Source: an uncultured archaeon (lineage in GTDB: Archaea; Asgardarchaeota; Jordiarchaeia; Jordiarchaeales; Jordiarchaeaceae). From it: DNA of 32,000 nucleotides. Below, in pieces: positions 1-8,237 of this stretch; positions within the stretch are counted from its first letter, which is position 1; the number at the start of each line of letters is the position of its first letter. The stretch is taken from NCBI GenBank assembly GCA_964510585.1, contig CAZECW010000004.1, positions 36,751 to 68,750 on the forward strand. Reading direction: 5' to 3'. Both the position numbers and the translations under genes were made by a program. The notes under the pieces are model-generated. The model had not been told where the DNA came from, searched no databases, and saw only the letters and a program-made list of their open reading frames with translations.

Positions 1-1232
1 ACACTCACAGGGTTAAGCAGCTCTACTGGTTTACCTTTCGTTCGCATGTAATCATAGTGTTCTCTAAAATTTGTTAACGTGAAGCTAATAACTTCATTAA
101 GCCCCAGCCCCACCAGCACGCTTTTTACAATGTTTGATAATTTCTGGTAGGGATGAGCTTCAGCAATAGTCAAGGTTTTGGGAAAAGTTGGTTTCAAATT
201 ATAAAGGCCATAACCTATAGCTACCTCTTCCACAAAGTCTACTTCGTGCATAATATCGTGGCGATATGCTGGAACACGCACATTTATCTTGCCACCATTG
301 TACTCTGCTTCCATACGAACTTTTTCTAGGGATTTAATAATTTCTTGTATGGAAAGTTCTAGTCCCAGTAAGCGGTTTACATAATCAGGATGTATCGACC
401 AAGTTTTGGGTGTGAGGTCAGGTGTTGTGATAACTTTGTCAGAGTATTCTACTTTCACACTCTCTATTTTAGCGCCCCCCTCTGCTAACGAAGTTACGAG
501 AATGTTTAGTGTACTGGTAACATCTTTCATTGTAGTCCCAGTTACATCTATGAAAAGATTTCTAGTTTCCTCTGTGAGTTGGGTCAAAATGCCATTAATT
601 ATGGGGGGGAAGGATAAGACGTTGTTGTTAACATCGGTGATGATGGGATACTTGGGTTTTCCCTCCATTATGTGGGCGTAGTCCCTACCCTTTGGATGTT
701 TCATCAAAATTTCTCTAGGAGTAAGTTCCACCGCCCAGTTAAGAGGAATAAATTTTATTCCCTCAGGATCCACAGCTCGATACTCGAAGGGGGGTTTAAC
801 CTTGTCAAAATCATGAATCCCTATAGAAGATTTTACCCTATCTCTACCTATAGCCCAATGCAGGTCTTCTTGCATTCCTATAAGTTCAACTATGTTTTCA
901 TTGTTAAGTGAAACATTCCTAACTATTGCACAGACTATGTATGGTCTAATCTCTGCTAATGCTGGATCCACCCTCACTACTACGCCGCTCTCGGTAATCT
1001 TGTATTTTGGAAGCCCAGTCTCTATTTCCATAAATCCTCGGAGAGCCCGAGCAATTCCTTCCTGGCTTGAAAAGTCTGGACGATTAGGATTATATTCGAC
1101 CTTAAGATAATCTTGTGCCTTCTCTTCAATGTCCAGTCCCAGCCAGGGAACATTCTTTTCAAGTTCATCGGAATCAATTTTTCTTCCCAATAATTCACTC
1201 ATTCGATTGCAAGTTAGGGTTATTACTGGAAT
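1..1232 (-). CDS. pheT: Phenylalanine--tRNA ligase beta subunit, 3' end runs off the window
   Basis: Manual minus-strand translation gives (I/M)PVITLTCNRMSELLGRK...KVEYNPNRPDFSSQEGIARALRGF...RVPAYRHDIMHEVDFVEEVAIGYG (B5 motif). Directly downstream of pheS. Probable ATT start at 1232 behind GGAGGAGGT; in-frame TTG at 1247 and ATG at 1202 are alternatives. Missing from the ORF track because it has no stop in the window. Confidence 0.95.
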   Translation of the reverse strand, partial: MPVITLTCNRMSELLGRKIDSDELEKNVPWLGLDIEEKAQDYLKVEYNPNRPDFSSQEGIARALRGFMEIETGLPKYKITESGVVVRVDPALAEIRPYIVCAIVRNVSLNNENIVELIGMQEDLHWAIGRDRVKSSIGIHDFDKVKPPFEYRAVDPEGIKFIPLNWAVELTPREILMKHPKGRDYAHIMEGKPKYPIITDVNNNVLSFPPIINGILTQLTEETRNLFIDVTGTTMKDVTSTLNILVTSLAEGGAKIESVKVEYSDKVITTPDLTPKTWSIHPDYVNRLLGLELSIQEIIKSLEKVRMEAEYNGGKINVRVPAYRHDIMHEVDFVEEVAIGYGLYNLKPTFPKTLTIAEAHPYQKLSNIVKSVLVGLGLNEVISFTLTNFREHYDYMRTKGKPVELLNPVS

Positions 1233-1253
1233 TTTAACCTCCTCCAATAAGTT

Positions 1254-2777
1254 CTATAAGAGAATGGGGGTTCTTCTAATCCACCCTAAATCGTTTTTGT
1301 AGAGATCTCTTATGTCCTCTAAACCTAGGCGAAGCATAGCGAGCCTTTCAAAACCTCCGCCCCAAGCTAGAACAGGAACTTTTACGCCTAGTGGAATCGT
1401 TACTTCGGGGCGAAAGATACCCATCCCGCAGAGTTCTATCCAACCAAACTCTTCTACGTAAACAGTGGATTGCAGTGATGGCTCTGTGTATGGGAAATAG
1501 CTGGGCCAGAACTGTACCTTCTCGAAACCTAAACGTTTATAAAACTCGGTTAAGGTTCCCATTAGGTCTCTAAGTGTCACATTTTCGTCCACAATGATAC
1601 CCTCTATTTGAAAGAATTCTGCTAAATGTTTGTAGTCCAGTTTTTCGTTTCTGTAGACTCTGTCAACGGAAAAAACCTTTACTGGAGGTTCGGGGTGCTC
1701 CGCCAAGTAGCGAATTGTTGTTGCAGTAGTGTGAGTTCTCAGAATAGTTTGGCGAGCTACATTGGCATCCCATTTGTAGCCCCACCCAATTGAACCAGTT
1801 TTCCACCCATTTTCGTGGGTTTTTGACACCCTTTGAACTATTTGTTTATCCGGAAGCTTGGCGGTTTTGGGAAACTTTAGATAGAATGTATCATGCATTT
1901 CGCGTGCTGGATGATCCTGTGGTTGGAACAAGGCGTCAAAATTCCAAAAAGCGGACTCTACAAAAGGTCCCCTTATTTCGGTAAACCCCAAATTCAAAAA
2001 GATCTCTCTAATTTCGTTAATCAATTCTGCTACAGGGTGAATTTTTCCCGGGTGAATCGTTACTACTGGGGCTTCAACATCATACTTCCTAAATTTGGTA
2101 CTTCGCCATTTTCCCGACTTTATGAGATCCGAAGTGAGGATGCTGACTTCCTCAACAACACTAACCCCTGATTGAGCAAGTCTTCTCCCCTCCTCAGTTA
2201 TAATCAGAGAACGAACCTTTTCTTGGCGTATTTTAATTAAATTTCTTTTTTGAAGGGAATCAAGCATTTTCTTCATTTTGTTTGGAAGCTGAGATTCCTC
2301 TACCACACCTCTATCATTCAACAATTTTAATAGGTTCTCATCGTCCCCTAGAGGGGGCATCTCCTTAACACTTATGAGAGTTTCACTATCTTGTTTCTTA
2401 AATTCTGCCCAATTTTTTCTCCGAAGCCACCCCAGAGCTATTTTTAAATCCTCCTCGGAGAAACTGGCTTCTTTAGAAAGTTGGGATAAAGTGGCGTTGC
2501 CCCCCAACTTTAATACAATATTTAAAAGCCTCCGCTCCGGAAGCCCTTCTTCCACGTATTTGGAGCCCTCTTTGAGTATTTCCACGTAGAGTTTTTGTGT
2601 TTCTCTCTGCTCCACTAAACCCTTTTCGCCCAGCCATGCTGAGGCTCTAGCCACCGCAACATGGTCTAGCCCCGTTTCTTTCTCTAAATCGCTGATTGTG
2701 GTTTCACCTTTGCTCTTGTTTAAGGCTTTTAGAATTTTAAGCTCTATTTCTCGTAACTTTACCTGTTCCTTTACCAT
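1254..2777 (-). CDS. pheS: Phenylalanine--tRNA ligase alpha subunit, long archaeal form with N-terminal wHTH domains
   Basis: Motifs QPQDHPAREMHDTFY, LRTHTT, YRNE..D..HLAEFFQIEG, FPYTEPS, WGGGFERLAM. Confidence 0.97.
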   Translation of the reverse strand: MVKEQVKLREIELKILKALNKSKGETTISDLEKETGLDHVAVARASAWLGEKGLVEQRETQKLYVEILKEGSKYVEEGLPERRLLNIVLKLGGNATLSQLSKEASFSEEDLKIALGWLRRKNWAEFKKQDSETLISVKEMPPLGDDENLLKLLNDRGVVEESQLPNKMKKMLDSLQKRNLIKIRQEKVRSLIITEEGRRLAQSGVSVVEEVSILTSDLIKSGKWRSTKFRKYDVEAPVVTIHPGKIHPVAELINEIREIFLNLGFTEIRGPFVESAFWNFDALFQPQDHPAREMHDTFYLKFPKTAKLPDKQIVQRVSKTHENGWKTGSIGWGYKWDANVARQTILRTHTTATTIRYLAEHPEPPVKVFSVDRVYRNEKLDYKHLAEFFQIEGIIVDENVTLRDLMGTLTEFYKRLGFEKVQFWPSYFPYTEPSLQSTVYVEEFGWIELCGMGIFRPEVTIPLGVKVPVLAWGGGFERLAMLRLGLEDIRDLYKNDLGWIRRTPILL

Positions 2778-3010
2778 GTCTTTTCCTCCAGAGAGTAAAC
2801 AACAGAGGCTGGCAACTAATTACTGGCTCAGCGTTAACCAAACGTTGAGAAATCTTAAAAAAATTTGGGTTATCCTTCTTAAGAACTCTCATAAATATTT
2901 TTGGTAACATTATAGAAAATGTTGTGAGGGGCATTTGTCAGAAGCATAGTCAAAAACAATGTATTAATAATATTTGTTTCGCATAATATTTTTGTAACTT
3001 AAAAATTGGT

Positions 3011-3484
3011 TTATTTCAATAAGTTTCCCTGTTCATTGATTTTTCCTTCGCGAATTCTTGTACTTGAAATGCGTTGTCCATCTTGGGCTAGAATAAGGGG
3101 TACTAGAACAATTTCTAGAGGGGGTAATCCTTTTTCTTCACGTATTATGTTAATTTTTTTAACTCCGGGCAGGGTTTCTTCGGTTGCAACCAAGGCTTCT
3201 AAACCCGCATCCATTATAGCTGGACCATAAGGATCGTCCAGGCTTATTATTTCAGCCCTATCAAGGTAACCTTCTTCTTTGAGAAAGTTCTCCAATTTTT
3301 TCTTTCTCACCTCGTAGGGTTCTATCTTGTTTGCCAGAGTCTTGTGCTGCGCCATTCTGCTTGTGGTCAGCCCAATCATTACGCGTTCGCTGACCTCGAA
3401 GGCCTTACGTATCAGAGCTTTGTGCCCAATATGAAGCCTGTCAAAAGTCCCCGAAACTCCAACTAATCTAAAACGGTAAAGCAT
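3011..3484 (-). CDS. coaD: Archaeal-type phosphopantetheine adenylyltransferase
   Basis: GTFDRLHIGH (HxGH), DPYGPA, ATEET, ISSTRIR; 157 aa. Confidence 0.88.
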   Translation of the reverse strand: MLYRFRLVGVSGTFDRLHIGHKALIRKAFEVSERVMIGLTTSRMAQHKTLANKIEPYEVRKKKLENFLKEEGYLDRAEIISLDDPYGPAIMDAGLEALVATEETLPGVKKINIIREEKGLPPLEIVLVPLILAQDGQRISSTRIREGKINEQGNLLK

Positions 3485-3583
3485 AGTACCTTCTCCAACA
3501 TTACTATTATACTGGTAACAATTATATATACATCTTCACAGAACACTTAACGAATTAAAACTATTATAGAGAGGATATAAATA

Positions 3584-4465
3584 ATGCTTGAAGCTAATAT
3601 TTTAGAGTCTTATAGAGCGGCCGGCGATATAGCGGCGAAGATTAGAGAAGAAGCCGGAAAAATCGTAAAGGAGGGGACGCCACTAATAAAAATCTGTGAT
3701 GCACTCGAGAAGAGAATAATAAAGGAGGGAGGAAAGCCTGCTTTCCCACTAAACATTTCACTAAACGATGTAGCCGCCCATTACACCTCACCTCCTGATG
3801 ATAAAACGACTATCCCCCCCAAGGCCCTAGTTAAAGTGGATATTGGAGTTCAGGTTGAAGGCTACATCGCCGATACAGCCGTTACAATCAGTGTAGGTAA
3901 GGTGGGAATGGAACTAATCAAGGCATCAGAACTAGCTCTCGAAAACGCACTGAAAACAATAAAACACGGAGTAAAATCTAGCAGTATAGGAGAAATTATT
4001 GAAAAAACCATAAAAGAATTCGGCTTTAAACCCATCTCCAACCTAACCGGCCATCTACTAGAAAAGTATAATCTACACGCGGGAAAATCCATTCCAAATG
4101 TGAAGACAAAGATAGGATTTGTTCTAAAGGAGGGAGAAGTTTACGCCATGGAGCCCTTCGCCACCACAGGGGAGGGAATAGTGGAAGACTCCAAGTACGC
4201 CTACATTTACCGCCTGCCCAGCCCCAAAACATCAACACAATTTTTATCATACATTGCTCGAGAGTTTAAAACATTGCCTTTCGCAGCCCGATGGCTAATC
4301 TACAAGTTTCCAAGAAACAAAATAGAGGAACTCATCAGAAAGTTTGTGTCGGCACAAATAATTCAAGCCTACCCAGTTTTAGTGGAAAGAGGGAAGGGAA
4401 CGGTTTCCCAAGCTGAACACACATTTATCGTTAAAAGGAATGGGTGCGAAATAATCTCTGCTTAG
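3584..4465 (+). CDS. map: Type II methionine aminopeptidase
   Basis: FPLNISLNDVAAHYT, KVDIG..V.GYIADTA, NLTGH, LHAG, MEPFAT, QAEHT metal-site motifs; 293 aa. Confidence 0.95.
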   Translation: MLEANILESYRAAGDIAAKIREEAGKIVKEGTPLIKICDALEKRIIKEGGKPAFPLNISLNDVAAHYTSPPDDKTTIPPKALVKVDIGVQVEGYIADTAVTISVGKVGMELIKASELALENALKTIKHGVKSSSIGEIIEKTIKEFGFKPISNLTGHLLEKYNLHAGKSIPNVKTKIGFVLKEGEVYAMEPFATTGEGIVEDSKYAYIYRLPSPKTSTQFLSYIAREFKTLPFAARWLIYKFPRNKIEELIRKFVSAQIIQAYPVLVERGKGTVSQAEHTFIVKRNGCEIISA

Positions 4466-4884
4466 TACTCCTCCTCCTTCTCCTCGATCTTAGACATGGG
4501 AACAGAGTAGATGGCACTTATGTATATTTCAGCATTACAAGCTTTGCAAGCCCCAATTTTTTTGAAAACGTAGTCACCCTTATGGAAATCTCTAACCTCC
4601 CTATAATCACAACCATAACATTTCAAAACTGTCACAGTCTTATATTCCACGGCAGGCTTGGAGCGGGAAAACAATATCATAGGATAAACCGCAATAAGAA
4701 ACGCGAAAAAAGCGTATAGCAATCTCTGATTCCTAACACCCGTAAACAAGTCCCAAAAAAGATCACTCAGCGAAGGATTAAAGTAAAGATATAGTATGTA
4801 CACACCAACGGCTGCGACTCCCGCCGAGAACGCAAATAAAGCCAAATTGAATATCCTTCTCCTTCTCTGCGACACAACAATCAC
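4462..4884 (-). CDS. Conserved hypothetical membrane protein with two TM segments and a C-terminal CxxC...CxxC zinc ribbon
   Basis: Two hydrophobic stretches, then KCYGCDYREVRDFHKGDYVF...CKAC; 6 bp downstream of DUF1512, same strand. Start may be the GTG at 4875. Confidence 0.75.
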   Translation of the reverse strand: MIVVSQRRRRIFNLALFAFSAGVAAVGVYILYLYFNPSLSDLFWDLFTGVRNQRLLYAFFAFLIAVYPMILFSRSKPAVEYKTVTVLKCYGCDYREVRDFHKGDYVFKKIGACKACNAEIYISAIYSVPMSKIEEKEEEY

Positions 4885-4890
4885 CCAATT

Positions 4891-6042
4891 TTAACCTATA
4901 CCTATACAGTTACCTATTCCCGCAACAATAACCGTGTCACCGGGCTTGGTGCGTTCAAGAATCATGTTTTTTACACGCTCAGCAGCTTTATAGGCCCCAT
5001 CATAAATTTCTTTTTTCATAGGCGTCAAAGCTTCCTCAATAGACATTTTAATTATAACTGCATCCACAGGAACCTTCTGACTCGTTACCTCCTGCTCTAT
5101 CTTAAACTTGTCAACACCCGGCCCACCAATAGCAGCCCCGACGCCCTCCACCACTTTACCAGTCTTCTCACCTTCAAATTTCAACCCGGCGTCAATCATA
5201 ATAACTCTAGCAATTTTTCCGTTAGCTTCCTTAATAAGGTTAACAATAGCGTCACCTGGCTTTCCAACTCGCCCTCCCGGGCCGATGGCTCTCACAATTA
5301 ATACATTTCTACCCTCGAAAGTTATGGGAGTTAAGGAAATGTCTTCAGCAATTTCACTGGACTCAGCGTTCCCATCCTTCACAAATTCATTTTTGAAAAT
5401 AGAAGCAACAAGAGCGCCAGCACCGTCACCTATAGGCTGACCCTCATTAAAAGCCTTCAAAGCATTGTAATAGGCCTTAGCATACTTCATAATAAATGAC
5501 AACGCAACCTGAATACTCACAATCATGGCATAATTATTAGTCTCCTTACCCATATAGTAGAAGTGCCTAATAACCAGAAACATCTGACGCAAAGCCATAG
5601 CAGCCTCAAAAGTCATATCAATATTAGCCCTCTGATCACGATCAGCCGCAGGCGCCAACTTAGCAATAAGATCATCAAACCTAGACTTCCTCACATCAAG
5701 CAGATGTTCAAGCCTCTTAAAAACACCTGAAGGATCACGCTCCACAGGCTCAATCAAAACAAACTCCATATAATCCTCCACAATAGGTGTAGGATCCTTC
5801 TCCGGCTTACCCAACTCCCTAATCATCCTAATAGTAGTCTTTTTAGCCTCCTCAGACCACTTCTCAAGCTGAGTTATAACCTCTCGAATCTGTGCCAAAT
5901 ACTGCATACTCTGAACTTTCAAAATTAGACCACTGAAAATCATAAATATAAAGAAGACAAATATCAGAATATTCATGATGAGAATGTATGGATCAGAATA
6001 GCCAAACGGCAACTGCAGTGAGGGAAACAACATAACCATCAC
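4891..6042 (-). CDS. DUF1512 family protein with N-terminal TM anchor
   Basis: PIGDGAGALVA, RAIGPGGRVGKPG, IDAGLKFEGEKTG..EGVGAAIGGPG, IVAGIGNCIGIG. Start uncertain by a few codons. Confidence 0.85.
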   Translation of the reverse strand: MMVMLFPSLQLPFGYSDPYILIMNILIFVFFIFMIFSGLILKVQSMQYLAQIREVITQLEKWSEEAKKTTIRMIRELGKPEKDPTPIVEDYMEFVLIEPVERDPSGVFKRLEHLLDVRKSRFDDLIAKLAPAADRDQRANIDMTFEAAMALRQMFLVIRHFYYMGKETNNYAMIVSIQVALSFIMKYAKAYYNALKAFNEGQPIGDGAGALVASIFKNEFVKDGNAESSEIAEDISLTPITFEGRNVLIVRAIGPGGRVGKPGDAIVNLIKEANGKIARVIMIDAGLKFEGEKTGKVVEGVGAAIGGPGVDKFKIEQEVTSQKVPVDAVIIKMSIEEALTPMKKEIYDGAYKAAERVKNMILERTKPGDTVIVAGIGNCIGIG

Positions 6043-6227
6043 ACAACACTAAACCTTCACATTCGCAAAACTACTAAAACACACACATAAAAGATTTATA
6101 AGCATTCCCAGAAAAACCGCCCTAATACACCCCTAAAAAATAGAAGACACCAAAGAGAAAAAGACATCAGAGTTAGTAAAAGACAAAGTAGAAGGTGAAA
6201 ATAGAGGGATTGGTCCCGCAGGCCGGA

Positions 6228-6259
6228 CTTCCAAATATAGTGTATGGCACACTATAAAC
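6228..6259 (-). other. tRNA intron 3, non-canonical position 59/60 (T loop), 32 nt
   Basis: Bulges AA^G and AG^T around a fully paired central helix TTCA/TGGA; perfect 8-bp hairpin TATAGTGT/ACACTATA. Confidence 0.8.
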
Positions 6260-6273
6260 TTTGAACCAGCGAC

Positions 6274-6303
6274 GTTGGGGCTGAGTACTATATGCACCCA
6301 GTT
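6274..6303 (-). other. tRNA intron 2, non-canonical position about 45/46 (variable loop), 30 nt
   Basis: Removal restores CCGGG-ATGTC-GCTGG; 8-bp hairpin CTGGGTGC/GTACTCAG; relaxed BHB (CGGG/CCCA). The junction could shift by 1 nt. Confidence 0.7.
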
Positions 6304-6311
6304 ATCCCGGT

Positions 6312-6355
6312 GTCTGAGTGCCTACTGGGGTAAGCCACACTTAACGAGTGCAGCT
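6312..6355 (-). other. tRNA intron 1, canonical position 37/38, 44 nt
   Basis: Bulges AG^A and AC^A; central helix CTGT/TCAG has one U-U mismatch; internal 8-bp hairpin GCTGCACT/AGTGTGGC. Confidence 0.8.
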
Positions 6356-6382
6356 CTACAGCCGGGCACTCTAGCCAGTCTG

Positions 6383-6409
6383 AGTTACTGCGGGTAAAGT
6401 TACTGCGGG
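6383..6409 (-). repeat. 12-bp direct repeat duplicating tRNA nt 1-12 in the 5' leader
   Basis: Plus strand agttactgcggg at 6383-6394 and 6398-6409, separated by taa. Confidence 0.9.
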
Positions 6410-6455
6410 ACCTTTGAAGCGGCTTTTTCAGGTATGATTCCTAGATGTTTATTGT

Positions 6456-6470
6456 TAGATAAATTTTTCG
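6456..6470 (-). promoter_or_regulatory. Putative BRE/TATA promoter of tRNA-Tyr
   Basis: Minus strand CGAAAAA-TTTATCTA about 60 nt upstream of tRNA nt 1. Confidence 0.45.
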
Positions 6471-6520
6471 TATTCGCTGATTTGAGTGTATATTTTTTTA
6501 AGTGGTTGGGGGATATGTTT

Positions 6521-7405
6521 TTAGGTTAAAGCTTTGGCTAGGGTTCCTGCTATTTCTACGACGGATATCGGTGAGGGAATGGTGGTTGTTCCAATAACGG
6601 TGTAGGCTCCGGCGGTGTATATTTTTTTGAGGGCATTGTCTACAAGTAAGGGGTGGGTGCACGCGGCGACTATTTTTTTTGCGCCTTTCTTTTTGAGGGT
6701 TTCGATGGTTTTTGCTATTGTTCCTCCTGTGGAGATGATGTCATCTATTATTACTACGTCCCTGTTTTTTACTTCTAGTTCTCTGGTTGTTATTTCGACT
6801 TCTGTGGAGCTAATTCTCTTTTTTTCCAGAACGTCGTATTCTGTTCCTAGTTGTTCTGCGGCGAGTTTGGCCCATTGTTCGGCTTCTTCATCGGGTCCTA
6901 TGATTAGTGGTTTTTGTAGGGAAAGGTTTGCTCCTATGTAGTGTGCTATATCTGGAACCGCTGTGAGGTTTTTTGCGGGAATTTTGAATATTTTTCTCAT
7001 ATCGTCTACTCTGTGAAGGTGCATGTCGACTGTGAATATTTGGTCTGTTCCCACTGTTTCTATGAGTTTTGAAACGGTTTTGAGGCTTATTGCTTCTCCG
7101 GGGTTGAATCTTTTGTCTTGTCGTGCGTAGGCGAAGTATGGGATTACGCCTGTTACCTTTTTTGCTCCTGAGTCTTTGAGTGCTTCAACCATTAGGAAGT
7201 ATTCCATTAGGTATTCGTCGGGATTTAGATACATTGATTGCACTACTACGGCCTCGACGCCGTTGAGATCTCCTTCTATGCGGATATACTTTTCTCCGTC
7301 TGGAAATCTTTTGATTTCTGTCCCGAGGAGAGTAGCATCCAGTTCTCTTGCTATTTTTATCGCTAAAACATATGAGGAGGATCCGCCTATTATTACTTTA
7401 TTCAT
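6521..7405 (-). CDS. prs: Ribose-phosphate pyrophosphokinase
   Basis: KRFPDGEKYIRI, PYFAYARQDKRFNPGEAIS, VDMH, GPD..A, VIIDDIISTGGT. Confidence 0.95.
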   Translation of the reverse strand: MNKVIIGGSSSYVLAIKIARELDATLLGTEIKRFPDGEKYIRIEGDLNGVEAVVVQSMYLNPDEYLMEYFLMVEALKDSGAKKVTGVIPYFAYARQDKRFNPGEAISLKTVSKLIETVGTDQIFTVDMHLHRVDDMRKIFKIPAKNLTAVPDIAHYIGANLSLQKPLIIGPDEEAEQWAKLAAEQLGTEYDVLEKKRISSTEVEITTRELEVKNRDVVIIDDIISTGGTIAKTIETLKKKGAKKIVAACTHPLLVDNALKKIYTAGAYTVIGTTTIPSPISVVEIAGTLAKALT

Positions 7406-7582
7406 TATTATTCCCTCAAGGGTTGTTAATGGTTTAGATAAAATTTTTTATGGTTTAGTGGTGACCGTTTCCCTTGATAACTCAACGGTGGCAAAATAAT
7501 TTTTCGGTTAATAAAGCTTTTGAAGAATTATGGTATAACTTAGAGAAATAAGGATAACGTTTTTGGCTGGGAGGTTTACCTA

Positions 7583-8134
7583 TTGGCTTGGACGGTATGG
7601 ATTTGTGGGCGTCCGGGTTCGGGTAAATCCACCATAGCCCGGGTGCTTGAGTCTCTTTTGGAAGAGAAGGGTATTCGCGCCCAAATCTTAAGTACCGATG
7701 TCCTCAGGAAGGTAGTTACGCCTGAGCCAACTTATAGTGAGGAGGAACGCAGAATAGTTTATGCGACCTTGGTTTTCATTGCAAAGATTCTCAATCAAAA
7801 TGGTGTTAATGTGATATTGGACGCGACGGCAAATCTTAAGGCTTACCGTGAGGTTGGAAGGAGGGAAATTGAGAACCTCATAATTGCCTATGTGGATTGC
7901 CCCTTAGAGATTTGTATGAAGAGGGAGGCAGAGAGGAAAGAAACTTATGGGGCCCCACGAGACATATATAAAAGGGGGTTGGCAGGAGAGAGCGCCACTG
8001 TTCCCGGCATAGGTGTGCCCTACGAGGTGCCTGAGAACCCGGACATTGTACTGGACTCGGTAAAGTTTACAGCCCAGGAAAACGCTGAAAAAATTCTAAA
8101 GGTTATTCTTCAAAAATACTCTCAGAATATTTAA
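7583..8134 (+). CDS. Adenylyl-sulfate kinase (CysC)-like P-loop kinase, substrate uncertain
   Basis: WICGRPGSGKSTIA, YVDCPLEIC..R, PGIGVPYEVPENPD. Lacks the LDGDNVR and SFISPY motifs of canonical CysC. TTG start with SD GGGAGGT. Confidence 0.7.
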   Translation: MAWTVWICGRPGSGKSTIARVLESLLEEKGIRAQILSTDVLRKVVTPEPTYSEEERRIVYATLVFIAKILNQNGVNVILDATANLKAYREVGRREIENLIIAYVDCPLEICMKREAERKETYGAPRDIYKRGLAGESATVPGIGVPYEVPENPDIVLDSVKFTAQENAEKILKVILQKYSQNI

Positions 8135-8237
8135 CTCACACCCACTGTTTAAAAATTATTAACTTCTGGGAGGATACCTACGACTCCTTTTTTGGAGTAT
8201 AAAGTAGATAGGGGGGTGTGTTTATTGAATGTTGGGT

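Larger units (their letters stand above)
6211..6394 (-). tRNA. tRNA-Tyr(GUA) with three introns and encoded CCA
   Basis: Acceptor stem CCCGCAG/CTGCGGG+A73+CCA; D stem ACTC/GAGT; anticodon stem CCCGG/CCGGG with loop CT-GTA-GA (anticodon 6359-6357); T stem GCTGG/CCGGC with loop TTCAAAT. Removing 6312-6355, 6274-6303 and 6228-6259 leaves a canonical 78-nt cloverleaf. Confidence 0.9.

Noticed and set aside
406-1110. Short plus-strand ORFs in the ORF track
   Set aside because: Antisense to pheT; the same applies to the other short ORFs opposite confident genes.
6395-6409. Fourth tRNA intron
   Set aside because: All registers tested give at best a lone 4-bp helix (AAGG/CTTT) with no flanking helices.
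7583-8134. Calling the gene cysC / sulfate assimilation
   Set aside because: APS-binding motifs are diverged and there is no sat or cysH context.
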